From Cyanobacteriota bacterium (GTDB lineage: Bacteria > Cyanobacteriota > Cyanobacteriia > JARCMD01), in NCBI GenBank assembly GCA_038326735.1, contig JBBQKH010000007.1:2937-66936 (forward strand): a stretch of DNA of 64,000 nt, given 5' to 3'. The position numbers and the translations under genes were made by a program. Shown piece by piece: positions 19,296 to 28,727 of the stretch; the stretch's first letter is position 1; every line of letters starts with the position of its first letter. The notes under the pieces are model-generated. The model made no database searches. It saw only the letters and a list, made by a program, of their open reading frames with translations, and was not told the DNA's origin.

Positions 19296-20411
19296 TCACA
19301 GCATCACCGCTGCCCAAGCTCGGTGGGCGGATGCCATGTCAAATCCGTCGAAGTAGCGCGCCCGAATTTTGTCGCCATCGATCGTGCCCATGGCAAGGTT
19401 GGCGATCGTAGCTAACAGGGCTTGGCTCAACGCTGTTGCATCACCACAGGGAACCAATAAACCAATGTTCGGCAATCCGGCATACAAATCGGGGATGCCG
19501 CCCACCCTTGCCGCCACACAGTAGCGGCCCGCTTGCATGAGTTCCAACAAACTGAAGCAGGGCCCACCTTCCCATCGTGAGGGATGGACAAAGAAATGAC
19601 AGTTCAGCAAAATGGCAGACAAGTCGCGCCGATGGTCGTAGATTCCATGAAAGACGACATGGGATTGAATGTCTAAACTGGCTGCTAGGGCTGTCAGTTT
19701 CGCTTCATCTGCGCCGCCCCCATATAGATGAAGCTGGATATCCTGTCGCACCTGAAGCAGTAAGCCGATCGCCTGCAACAATGTATCCAAACTTTTCTGC
19801 TCCATATCCAGCCGTCCCATGAAGCCGATTTTCCAAGGAGGAGCGGTGGGCAAGGGCAAGGGGTTCTGAAAAAACAACAGATTGTGATAGGGCACGACAT
19901 GCACCTTGCCTGGATAGCCATAGACCTCTCTGAACTGGTACGCTGTGCATTGAGAAACCGAAATCACTGCATCCGTCTCTGCCACAGCTTGACAAAATGC
20001 GTCGCCAGAAGTCCCCATAACCTCCGGGATCGGTGGCCAAAATTCTGGCGCAAGGAACCAACTGACTGCCACCTTGGCCCGCCGCCGATGGGCCGATCGC
20101 ACCAAACTGAGGTATACCGCTGGGTAAGGTGGGCATACACAAAACATCCAATCTCCCTGCTGGAGTTGGGTTTCTAGCCATAGCAAGAGGCAGCGTTTGG
20201 TCAGCAACCATCGATCGCCAGGTAAGCGGGGCTGGCGGTAAACGGATAGTCCCTTAGCGATTAATTCGTCCACGAGGGGCGATCGGTGTAACTCCGACAC
20301 TGCCACGCGAAACGGAATACCTTCTTGGTGCAAATGCAACGCTAAGGCATGGAGATAGGTGCCGATGCCTCCACCAGGATGGGACAAACTATCGTAGTAC
20401 AAAAAAATCAT
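19296..20411 (-). CDS. glycosyltransferase family 4
   Basis: FVHPSRWEGGPCFSLLELMQAGRYCVAARVGGIPDL is a GT4 E-x7-E type region. I preferred the ATG at 20411 over the TTG at 20426. Confidence 0.7.
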   Translation of the reverse strand: MIFLYYDSLSHPGGGIGTYLHALALHLHQEGIPFRVAVSELHRSPLVDELIAKGLSVYRQPRLPGDRWLLTKRCLLLWLETQLQQGDWMFCVCPPYPAVYLSLVRSAHRRRAKVAVSWFLAPEFWPPIPEVMGTSGDAFCQAVAETDAVISVSQCTAYQFREVYGYPGKVHVVPYHNLLFFQNPLPLPTAPPWKIGFMGRLDMEQKSLDTLLQAIGLLLQVRQDIQLHLYGGGADEAKLTALAASLDIQSHVVFHGIYDHRRDLSAILLNCHFFVHPSRWEGGPCFSLLELMQAGRYCVAARVGGIPDLYAGLPNIGLLVPCGDATALSQALLATIANLAMGTIDGDKIRARYFDGFDMASAHRAWAAVML

Positions 20412-20470
20412 AGAAATCGCAAACAAATTGCGTGGGAAAAGTTCAGTTCTAATTATTTAGATTTAGCGTA

Positions 20471-20603
20471 ACTACTGAGCCTACCCTCACCCTAAATCCC
20501 TCTCCCTGGGGAGAGGGACTTCAATCCGGCTCCCCTTCTCCCAGTGGGAGAAGGGGCTGGGGGATGAGGGCAGGCTCGACATTGAGCTAGCAGCCTGAGT
20601 AGT
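20471..20603 (-). mobile_element. MITE type 1b, copy E (133 bp)
   Basis: Reverse complement of copy C with only a few mismatches by eye. It sits in the only sizeable gap of the minus-strand polysaccharide gene string and abuts the stop codon of the ORF ending at 20603. Confidence 0.75.
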
Positions 20604-21787
20604 TACGATTTGGCGATGGATTGATAAAACAGTTGAGTGATCGCAGCATGGGAAAAATAGGCTCGACCTTGATGTAAGGCTTGCCCTCCTAACCGCAATC
20701 GATGGACAGGATCAGTAAGATTTTCCACAGCGATCGTCAACTTTTCTCGATCTTCTGCCATTACAACTTCAGCCACACCAGGATTTTCTGTTGCCCATCG
20801 CGCGGCTGAACAATAGGCAGGGCCCCAAATCAATAAGGGCAATCCAACAGCCGTGTAGTCTGTGAGCTTGCTGGGAAAACTAAGTTCCATATTTGATCGA
20901 TCGCGCTCTGCAAAACTCATGGGCACAAACAATACATCAGCTTCATGTCTGAGGGTAAGAATCAACTGATTTACAGGCAATAAAGCGCGGATTGTAATAT
21001 TAGATTGATTTAGTCCATTGCGTTCAATAAAGTCCTCAGAAATCTGCGAGTAAATGATTAGCTGACTGTTCCAGTTCTTCAACACTGAAGCTAAGGTAAT
21101 CAATGCCGCAAGATAACCTTGACTATTAATTGATCCAGCATAGACAAACACTAAAGATGTTCTCGATGGAGGGCGATCGGGAACATGAGGGAATTGCGAA
21201 CTATCAGCAGCTTGGCATGGATACAACACGGTGCCGATCGCGCCATAGCGTTGCTCATAGCATTCCACCATGTAGGGAGAAATACAAAGTCTAGATGTAG
21301 CATATTGATAGGTTTTAGTTAGGTGGTGTTTGAGCCAGTTCTGCATTCCCCAACCCAGATTTTCATCTTGATAATCATCATGAACAATGAGATGCAGAGG
21401 CAGTTGAAATTGCTGTGCCAGAGCCGCCGCAGTCAACCAGGAAAACCCCGCTACAACGGTCAGAATTGCTTCCGGTTGAAAGGACTGGATCAGTTGGTGA
21501 AATTGCTGGGAGCGCGATCGGGCTATTAGTAATAAATAAGCTTGGTAAAGCGAAGTAAAACGGCTGTGCAGGAGGCGATCTGAGCCAACATAGAAGGTTG
21601 TGTAATCGATATGAGGTAATCGTTTTTCTAGAGGAGGTTGAAGGCGATATGGCTCCAAAATCTTGAGGGGATCTGGATAGTTTTGTAATAAGCGATAAAG
21701 CAAAGCAGCACCGCCTACCGTCGCTTCCACAGGCACGTCACTCAAATAAAGCAATCGTGGTAATCGAGTATCACTAACAGTTTGCAT
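20603..21787 (-). CDS. glycosyltransferase-like protein (paralog of 18067..19278)
   Basis: See the paralog entry for shared motifs. The start is ambiguous: 21787 (MQTVSD) or 21811. Either choice overlaps the upstream gene's end. Confidence 0.55.
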   Translation of the reverse strand: MQTVSDTRLPRLLYLSDVPVEATVGGAALLYRLLQNYPDPLKILEPYRLQPPLEKRLPHIDYTTFYVGSDRLLHSRFTSLYQAYLLLIARSRSQQFHQLIQSFQPEAILTVVAGFSWLTAAALAQQFQLPLHLIVHDDYQDENLGWGMQNWLKHHLTKTYQYATSRLCISPYMVECYEQRYGAIGTVLYPCQAADSSQFPHVPDRPPSRTSLVFVYAGSINSQGYLAALITLASVLKNWNSQLIIYSQISEDFIERNGLNQSNITIRALLPVNQLILTLRHEADVLFVPMSFAERDRSNMELSFPSKLTDYTAVGLPLLIWGPAYCSAARWATENPGVAEVVMAEDREKLTIAVENLTDPVHRLRLGGQALHQGRAYFSHAAITQLFYQSIAKS

Positions 21788-22682
21788 GGTTCTCAAACAC
21801 CACCAATGCATGGTCTTTGGTGCAGGTAAATAACGGTGGCACTGTCCAATTTTCCGCCCGTTTCATCATTGGAATTAGCTTCAATATCGGCATCCAAAAA
21901 GGTGACCTATAAATATGAAATTGCCGATAGGCAAAGTTTTGCGTATGCTGACGCAGTAGCTCTAGCCACCCATACTGGTAATGACTCATTTCCTGCCAAT
22001 CTATGAGGTTCAGCCCCAGTTTTTGACTCAAGAATTTAGCATGAGTTCGACTCAACATACATAAGTGTTCTACGGTGCGAAAGTACCAAAAATTTGCTAA
22101 ATCTGGTTTACCAGCCGCCGCATCTGCATTACCTGTACAGAGTAGAAGTAATCCTTTGGGCTTCAAGAATTGGCAAAGATACTGCAAAACAGAGGTCGGT
22201 TCTACTAAGTGTTCAAATACGTCACAAAGCACAATGGCATCGAACCCGATCGCCAGTTCTGTTTCAGACAGAATCGTGACTCCTCTTTGAGTCGCAATTT
22301 TAGCGGCTTCCCCGTTGATTTCAACACCAAAGCAATGGTGGCGATCGAGCATATAGGACATTAAACGTCCCGTATTACAGCCATAATCCAGAATTTTACT
22401 ATGCTCAGGAAGCCGAGAAAGCACTGCTAAAATTGCCTGTTCCGTGGGGAAAAGTCTGTCATTTTCCCACTTCATAAAGTCGTTGATTTGGTAATACCGA
22501 CTTAAATCTGTCTCATTAAGAATATGAGATTTGTAATAGATTCCACAATTATCACAGTGTCTAATCTCATAGGCAGGTTGTTCAAATTTCTCAGCATTAA
22601 TGGTGACTATAAAGGCAGTTCCCGATCGCCCCACTGACTGAAATTTGGCACTGGTACAGCCCGGACAACCTTCAACCTTCAC
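21774..22682 (-). CDS. class I SAM-dependent methyltransferase with an N-terminal Cys4 ribbon
   Basis: CPGCTS...CDNCG near the N-terminus. SAM motif I is ILDYGCNTGRL, and the post-I/II segment is FDAIVLCDVFEHLVEP. GTG start. Confidence 0.75.
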   Translation of the reverse strand: MKVEGCPGCTSAKFQSVGRSGTAFIVTINAEKFEQPAYEIRHCDNCGIYYKSHILNETDLSRYYQINDFMKWENDRLFPTEQAILAVLSRLPEHSKILDYGCNTGRLMSYMLDRHHCFGVEINGEAAKIATQRGVTILSETELAIGFDAIVLCDVFEHLVEPTSVLQYLCQFLKPKGLLLLCTGNADAAAGKPDLANFWYFRTVEHLCMLSRTHAKFLSQKLGLNLIDWQEMSHYQYGWLELLRQHTQNFAYRQFHIYRSPFWMPILKLIPMMKRAENWTVPPLFTCTKDHALVVFENHANC

Positions 22683-22683
22683 C

Positions 22684-23274
22684 TCATTCAGCTCCGATAA
22701 GATGACTTGAATTCATCGACTCATAACAGTCACACCGAAACTTTAAAACTCGCCCTGGTACGCCTGTCATGACTGCCTGAGGCAGCACATTTTTAGTCAC
22801 AATACATCCGGCTCCAATGACGGCTCCTTTGCCGATCGTAACCCCTGGCAAAATAACAGCATGGGTGCCAATCCACACATCATCTTCAATCACAATGGGG
22901 TGAGTCACGATCGTCTGATACATATTTCCCACAGAGTAATCATGGGTGATGGATGTAATTGCCGTGTGTGACCCAATCATGACTCGGTTGCCTATTTTCA
23001 CTCCCCCGCCTCCCCAAACATGCACATAAGCTGCGATCGAAACGTTATCCCCTATTTCAATTAGATTAGGCTGTAATAAATGAATGGGAAATTGCAACCG
23101 CAGATTCAAGCCACAGGATTTAAGTTGGCTACTAATATAGCGAGTTTGAGAGTAATGAATGACTTGAATGATCGATGCAATAAATACCTGAGCGATCGAT
23201 GAAGCCAGACACTGATCCCAAAGCCAACGCAACGGAAAACTAATCAGCTTTAAAGTCCACCTCATTAGTTTCAT
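22684..23274 (-). CDS. hexapeptide-repeat (LbH) acyltransferase
   Basis: Left-handed beta-helix repeats (IGDNVSIAAYVHVWGGGGVKIGNRVMIGSH...VWIGTHAVILPGVTIGKGAVIGAGCIV) follow an N-terminal hydrophobic segment. Confidence 0.75.
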   Translation of the reverse strand: MKLMRWTLKLISFPLRWLWDQCLASSIAQVFIASIIQVIHYSQTRYISSQLKSCGLNLRLQFPIHLLQPNLIEIGDNVSIAAYVHVWGGGGVKIGNRVMIGSHTAITSITHDYSVGNMYQTIVTHPIVIEDDVWIGTHAVILPGVTIGKGAVIGAGCIVTKNVLPQAVMTGVPGRVLKFRCDCYESMNSSHLIGAE

Positions 23275-23276
23275 AC

Positions 23277-24563
23277 TTAATAATTACGATCGCTTGAAAT
23301 AGAATTATCCTTAATTTCCCACGTAAACTCCTGGGTCAAAAACCCATATCTGTAGTCAAAGGGACGACTATCAACGAATTGTGGCAAAATCTCAAATCTC
23401 ATCACATGCTCAGTCCAATCAATGATTTCTGTCTTACTAAATAATCCCGCCGAAATCAGATAAGAACCGGGCAAAAACTGAGTAGAGTTAATATGTATCG
23501 AGACCACGCCATCAGATGTTAGGTTTGCAGGGGCATAGTTGTCTTTTTGAAAACTACTTAAGATTACTGCTCCTTCCAGAGAGCTAATTAATATCCAGAA
23601 GCTGCCCTCAAGCTCTTCATGTACGTCGTAAGTTAGTTGAATTGTGAAGGATTCGCCAATGAGAAAAGAGGTTTTGGCAACCTGATTTCGATCACATAGC
23701 TCAACCTTTTCGATCGTCACCTTGCTATTTCCTTGAACGTGCTGCCTGCGATCGATTTGCCCTGTTGTTGTCCGATCGCTAAATAGCTTGATGTAGTCCA
23801 ACACCACATCTTGGCTCGCACCATAGGACTTAATTTGCCCCAATTCCAACAATAAAGCCTGTTTGCAAAGGGCTTTGATCGCCCCCATATTGTGGCTCAC
23901 AAAAAAGACTGTGCGCCCCGATTCTGCCACCTGATTCATTTTCCCCAAACACTTTTCCTGAAATTGCAAATCACCCACTGCCAACACTTCATCGACCACC
24001 AAAATCTCTGGTTCCAAGTGTGCCGCCACTGCAAATGCTAGCCGTACATACATCCCCGATGAGTAGCGTTTCACAGGAGTATCGAGAAATTTTTCAACTT
24101 CGGCAAACGCCACAATCTCATCGAATTTTTGTTTAATTTCAGCCTTCCCCATCCCCAAAATTGCTCCGTTCAGATAGATGTTTTCTCTACCTGTTAATTC
24201 AGGATGAAACCCCGTTCCAACTTCCAATAAACTTGCAACTCTCCCCTTAATGGTTGCTCGTCCACGGGTCGGTTCTGTAATCCGGCTGAGAATTTTTAGT
24301 AACGTCGATTTCCCCGCTCCATTACGACCAATCACGCCAACCCGATCGCCCTGTTTAATCTCAAAGGAAATATCCTTTAAAGCCCAAAACTCCTCCCGTG
24401 CCACAAAGGGTTTGCCTGCATGAGGGTAGCGAGTTAATCGATGAGTCAGTGATTTAATTTGATTGGCAATAACATCTCGAAGGGACGTATAACGCTCTGG
24501 TTGCTGATGATCGATCGCATACTTTTTGCCCAGATTTTCCACCCGAATTACGGTATCAGTCAT
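23277..24563 (-). CDS. polysaccharide-export ABC transporter ATP-binding protein (Wzt/TagH-like) with an extended C-terminal domain
   Basis: FWALKDISFEIKQGDRVGVIGRNGAGKSTLLK (Walker A), YSSGMYVRLAFA (signature) and ILVVDEVLAVGD (Walker B). About 170 extra C-terminal residues follow, as in Wzt proteins with glycan-cap binding modules. Confidence 0.8.
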   Translation of the reverse strand: MTDTVIRVENLGKKYAIDHQQPERYTSLRDVIANQIKSLTHRLTRYPHAGKPFVAREEFWALKDISFEIKQGDRVGVIGRNGAGKSTLLKILSRITEPTRGRATIKGRVASLLEVGTGFHPELTGRENIYLNGAILGMGKAEIKQKFDEIVAFAEVEKFLDTPVKRYSSGMYVRLAFAVAAHLEPEILVVDEVLAVGDLQFQEKCLGKMNQVAESGRTVFFVSHNMGAIKALCKQALLLELGQIKSYGASQDVVLDYIKLFSDRTTTGQIDRRQHVQGNSKVTIEKVELCDRNQVAKTSFLIGESFTIQLTYDVHEELEGSFWILISSLEGAVILSSFQKDNYAPANLTSDGVVSIHINSTQFLPGSYLISAGLFSKTEIIDWTEHVMRFEILPQFVDSRPFDYRYGFLTQEFTWEIKDNSISSDRNY

Positions 24564-24568
24564 GCAAA

Positions 24569-26902
24569 TTACCGCTGCCGAACTTGACTCTGTTCTGGAT
24601 GATAACCGTTGCCATTGTGACCGTTATGACCATTACTATTCTGATCGTTGGCATTAATGCCAGCCATCACGTCTTTGTAGTAAGAAGAATAGTATTGATA
24701 GTACGATCCCCGTGCATCTTGCTCAATCATATTCACCACTAGTCCAGCTAGGTTGCATTGAGTTGCCTGAAGAATTTCTACGGCGCGAGTAATAGCAGAA
24801 CGGGGTGGCACATCGACCGCTACAACTAGAATCATGCCATCTACACGGGTAGCAATACTCTGGGCATCAGTGATGCCGACAATTGGCGGTGTGTCGATTA
24901 GCACATAATCGTAGGCATCCCGCCATTCTTGCAACAAATCAGTCATTTTTTGTGAGTTAAGCAATGCCATCGGATTCGGGGGCATGGGGCCAGCGGTCAT
25001 GACGTGGAGGTATTCGGAGTCCCCCGTATGCACCAATTCTTGCCAGGGGCGATCGGTGGCAATGGCTGTACTCAATCCCATCGTATTGGCAACTAGGCTC
25101 AGCCCCAGAGGATTTTTTTCTTGGAGAAACTTGTGGATCGTGGGGCGGTGCATATCAGCATCCACAATCAGAACCCGTTGCCCCAACTCTGCCAGCACCA
25201 ATCCCAAATTATAGGTCGTGGTAGATTTACCTTCCTTGGGGATCGCTGAGGTCAGAGCTAGAGTTCGGGCCCCGCGACTGGGGCTAAGATAATGCAAATT
25301 GAGGGCCAACGATCGCATTGCCTCCGTAAAGGGAGAATAAGCATAGTGACGCGCCGCCTGACCTTCACTGGCACTCGTAACCACCTTGAGATCAATTTTG
25401 GGGATTGTTCCCAACAAAGGAATGCCTGTCAGCGTCTTCACCTCATCCAGATCCTTCACTTTTTCATCCAATCGCTCCAGCATCATGGCCGCCAACATTC
25501 CCAGGGCACAACTCAGAATTAAGCCCATGAGCAAACTGCGCTTGAGATTGGGGGAAATGGGAGCCGCTGGCAGATAGGCTGGCTCCAGCACTTGCCACGG
25601 AGAAATTTCCTGGGCTTCGTTGATCCCCAGTTCCTGCAACCGTTCCAGGAAGCGATTCACTGCCTGGGAGTTGAGGTTATATTGCCGCTGTAGTTCTGCA
25701 TATTCCTGCTGGAGTTGGGGCACCTGTTGGAAGCGATCGGCCACCTCATTTTGCGTTTTACGAATGCTGTAAAGTTGGGCAGTCTGCACAGCTAAACTTG
25801 TCTGAACTTGCAGCAGTTGATTCGCCAGGGTCTGGGTAATGGAGGCATCGGACGCAGACACAGACAGGGGATCAACCTGAAGCCCAGTGCCTCGCAACAC
25901 CAAATTAGTCCGCTGCTGGAGGAGTTGCAGCACCTCCGCTTTCTGAATTTTTAAGTTCTGAATGATTGGATGGTTGTCTTGAAACCGCAAGCTTTCTTGG
26001 GTGTAGGTGAGGTCGATTTGTTGCAGCTTTTTGGCCAATTCCTGGTAGCCCTGATCCTGTCCTAGCATGGAGCTTGCCAGAGCAGTCTGCGGATTCAGCC
26101 CCACAGAAGCCATCTGACGCACCAATTCTTGATACTGGCGATTGGTCTGGCTGAGAGTAATGGCTGCCTGATACCCCTGCTGCTCCAAGGATTGCTTGGT
26201 CTGCACCACACTGGCAGCGTAGGAGTCGGGATCAACGATGCCGTGGCGTTTACGGAATTGCCTCAACTCTAGGGCGGATTGCCCCAAAGTTTCTCTCGCT
26301 TTGGGCAGTTGGTCTTTGATAAATTGAATGGCGTTGGTGGCCCGCGATCGACGGCTTTCTAAGCTGTAATCCACATAAGCCGTCCCCAAAGCATCTAAAA
26401 CTGCCTTGACGGTGGCGGGCGAACCGCCGACATAGGAAACCGCCAGCACCTTGGCTTTACCCATCTGGCGAATGGTTAAATTGGCGGCAACTTCTTCCAC
26501 AGAAACCGGAAACTTGGTCTTGTCAAAGGTCTTCAGAGCCTTGGCAATTAAGGAGCGACTGCGAAGAATCTGGATTTCGGTGGAGAGGTCAGCTTCGGGA
26601 TCAGCGATCGGTGCAGGGGCTGAACCGCTGCCCACAATGGCCGAAACTGAGGATTTGCTGTCTACCAAAATCAACGTTTCCGATTGATACTGGGGAGCTT
26701 CGCGCAGGGTGGAAATGGCAACCCCCGTCAGCACTGTAGCCGTCACTGCCCCAGCCGGAATCCATCGCTTCCGTAAGGTGCGCCAAAACTCCGTCCCCTC
26801 CAGTTGCCGTCCGATCGCTTCCAACCCTGCCAGGTGGTGTTCTGCTTTTTCCGCAATGGCAATGAAGGTGCCGTTGAATGCTGGAGTGATGGGATTATCC
26901 AT
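24569..26902 (-). CDS. polysaccharide co-polymerase / tyrosine autokinase (Wzc/GumC-like)
   Basis: N-terminal Wzz-like region with long coiled coils between two TM segments. The kinase has AIPKEGKSTT (Walker A), LIVDADMHRP (A') and VLIDTPP (B), plus the Tyr cluster GSYYQYYSSYYKD. I chose the ATG at 26902. Confidence 0.8.
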   Translation of the reverse strand: MDNPITPAFNGTFIAIAEKAEHHLAGLEAIGRQLEGTEFWRTLRKRWIPAGAVTATVLTGVAISTLREAPQYQSETLILVDSKSSVSAIVGSGSAPAPIADPEADLSTEIQILRSRSLIAKALKTFDKTKFPVSVEEVAANLTIRQMGKAKVLAVSYVGGSPATVKAVLDALGTAYVDYSLESRRSRATNAIQFIKDQLPKARETLGQSALELRQFRKRHGIVDPDSYAASVVQTKQSLEQQGYQAAITLSQTNRQYQELVRQMASVGLNPQTALASSMLGQDQGYQELAKKLQQIDLTYTQESLRFQDNHPIIQNLKIQKAEVLQLLQQRTNLVLRGTGLQVDPLSVSASDASITQTLANQLLQVQTSLAVQTAQLYSIRKTQNEVADRFQQVPQLQQEYAELQRQYNLNSQAVNRFLERLQELGINEAQEISPWQVLEPAYLPAAPISPNLKRSLLMGLILSCALGMLAAMMLERLDEKVKDLDEVKTLTGIPLLGTIPKIDLKVVTSASEGQAARHYAYSPFTEAMRSLALNLHYLSPSRGARTLALTSAIPKEGKSTTTYNLGLVLAELGQRVLIVDADMHRPTIHKFLQEKNPLGLSLVANTMGLSTAIATDRPWQELVHTGDSEYLHVMTAGPMPPNPMALLNSQKMTDLLQEWRDAYDYVLIDTPPIVGITDAQSIATRVDGMILVVAVDVPPRSAITRAVEILQATQCNLAGLVVNMIEQDARGSYYQYYSSYYKDVMAGINANDQNSNGHNGHNGNGYHPEQSQVRQR

Positions 26903-27132
26903 GTGCCTCAATTGTCCTACGGAGTAAATCGATCGGGGTTGACAGAGCGGCTGTTAAGACTGACTGAGATCTGCACGAGATCCCGCAAACCATTAGCTCA
27001 CTATACTGAGCAAAATCGGCTTATCCGAACAAAGTACAGAGTGCCATCATCGAGGAGTTGGGCGTTCCATCAAAAGTTGGCTCTACGATCGGTAACATGG
27101 TTAGAGCGACTCCCAGAAAAGATTGACTCGGT

Positions 27133-27762
27133 ATGATGCCATCGCAGAAGGCGGCTACTCGTAAACGTAAGCCTAAATCCACCAAAGCAGCCTGGCTGAA
27201 ATTTGCCATTCTTCTTTGCTTGATGCCATTACTTCTAATTTTTATCTGGTTGGGTTATCGAGAGATAGTTGGCTATTTTAAGCAGCCCCAGGCCATTGTC
27301 ATGCTGGGCGGATCGTCTCCCTACCTGGAGCGAGAGAGATTTACCGCCGAATTTGCCCAGCGACATCCCAAGCTTTTGATTTGGTTCTCATCGGGGGCCC
27401 GATCGCCCATACCTTACCAAGCCTACACAACCGATATCTTTATCAGCGCTGGCATTGAGCCAAGTCGCCTCCGCTTCGACTACGAGGCAAAAGACACCGT
27501 AACCAACTTCACCACTCTAGTTGACCAATTTCAAGCAAAAGGCATCGATAGCATTTACCTGATCACAGCGGACTATCACATGCGTCGTGCCCAAGTTATT
27601 GGAGAGATTGTTCTGGGAAGTCGGGGAATTGATTTGAAGTTAGTGCCGATGCCGTCAGGACAGACGAATGAGTCCTTGGGCAAAGCGATTCGGGATGGAC
27701 TCCGAGCCGTGCTGTGGTTGACTACAGGTCACACAGGAACAATTCTGAGCCAGAACAAATAA
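27133..27762 (+). CDS. YdcF/SanA/ElyC (DUF218) family protein
   Basis: N-terminal TM segment, then AIVMLGG and LITADYHMRRAQVIGE, which are typical of DUF218. Confidence 0.65.
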   Translation: MMPSQKAATRKRKPKSTKAAWLKFAILLCLMPLLLIFIWLGYREIVGYFKQPQAIVMLGGSSPYLERERFTAEFAQRHPKLLIWFSSGARSPIPYQAYTTDIFISAGIEPSRLRFDYEAKDTVTNFTTLVDQFQAKGIDSIYLITADYHMRRAQVIGEIVLGSRGIDLKLVPMPSGQTNESLGKAIRDGLRAVLWLTTGHTGTILSQNK

Positions 27763-27956
27763 TCAGAGCGAATAACGATCGTAAAAGGTCGTACAAGGAT
27801 AAAATCCCTCTTCTGAATGAGCGCAGTCCATGCTCCAGACAGAGCGATTCACTCTGCTTCGATCGTTAGCTTAGTTAAACCTGCTGGTTAAAAGCCAGGT
27901 TAAACCTCACACTCGCGCCCCCAGACAAAATTTCAAGCCAAATTCCGTGAAATTAA

Positions 27957-28217
27957 ATGGTTAATCAGAAAGAGCGCCCTCAAGAACGCCCCCAAAAGTT
28001 CCCCATGTACGATCGCGAAGCCCTAGAACGGCGGATTATGGCAGCCCATGGGCAGGCAACCGGGGGCTTTGCCATGGGCATTTTGTTCACGACCCTAGCA
28101 GGCATTGGAGTCTCTGCCCTCTATTTGCTTAGCCAAAAGGCTCCCCAAACTCCCATTCGCCAAACTCCCCCCATTGAGCGCACTTCAACCCGCTCTGCTT
28201 CCCAGCCGCCGAATTAG
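27957..28217 (+). CDS. small membrane protein, function unknown
   Basis: 86 aa with a single hydrophobic helix (GGFAMGILFTTLAGIGVSALYLL). Confidence 0.35.
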   Translation: MVNQKERPQERPQKFPMYDREALERRIMAAHGQATGGFAMGILFTTLAGIGVSALYLLSQKAPQTPIRQTPPIERTSTRSASQPPN

Positions 28218-28290
28218 TACAGATGACTTATTATTCCAGGTAATTAAGTGGCGTGATAAATTAGTTAAATAGTTGAGCCAGAGACTGCGG

Positions 28291-28500
28291 ATGATGACTT
28301 TTAGTGATGTAGTTGAGTCAATCAAGAGTCTTTCTGCTGATGAGAAGCAAGAGATTCAATTGCTACTGAATCAATATCTCCGGGAGGAGAGACGCGATCG
28401 GATTTTTGAGACTTTTAAGTCGGCGCAGGTTGAACAAGGAAAAGGTGAACTGCGGTTCTCGTCTAAAATGGCTGAACTGAACCGACTGATTAATGAGTAA
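28291..28500 (+). CDS. small helical protein, possibly an antitoxin
   Basis: MMTFSDVVESIKSLSADEKQEIQLLLNQYLREERR... resembles short cyanobacterial antitoxin-like proteins as I recall them. An ATG overlaps its stop (28492), but that downstream frame terminates after 4 codons. Confidence 0.35.
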   Translation: MMTFSDVVESIKSLSADEKQEIQLLLNQYLREERRDRIFETFKSAQVEQGKGELRFSSKMAELNRLINE

Positions 28501-28727
28501 CCGTAGACTACCCACTTCACCCAATTGTGCTTATAATCTAATTTTTCAGTCAGGGAACATCTTGGTTCTTGTTCTGAACTGAGTCCAGTCTTAAGCTCAC
28601 GAACTTTGATTAAGGCACTCTCAGATATCGCAACATCCAAGTAGTTTTTGATAGTTTTCGAGTAACCTCTAAAAAGAATTGGTGCTTTGAACCCTACCGA
28701 TAATTAACTATATTTACTGAATAATCT

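Noticed and set aside
7989-20603. Possibility that the recurring hairpin repeats form a CRISPR array
   Set aside because: The copies are kilobases apart, occur in both orientations, have terminal inverted repeats and differing arms, and lie between unrelated genes. There is no regular repeat-spacer periodicity and no cas genes.
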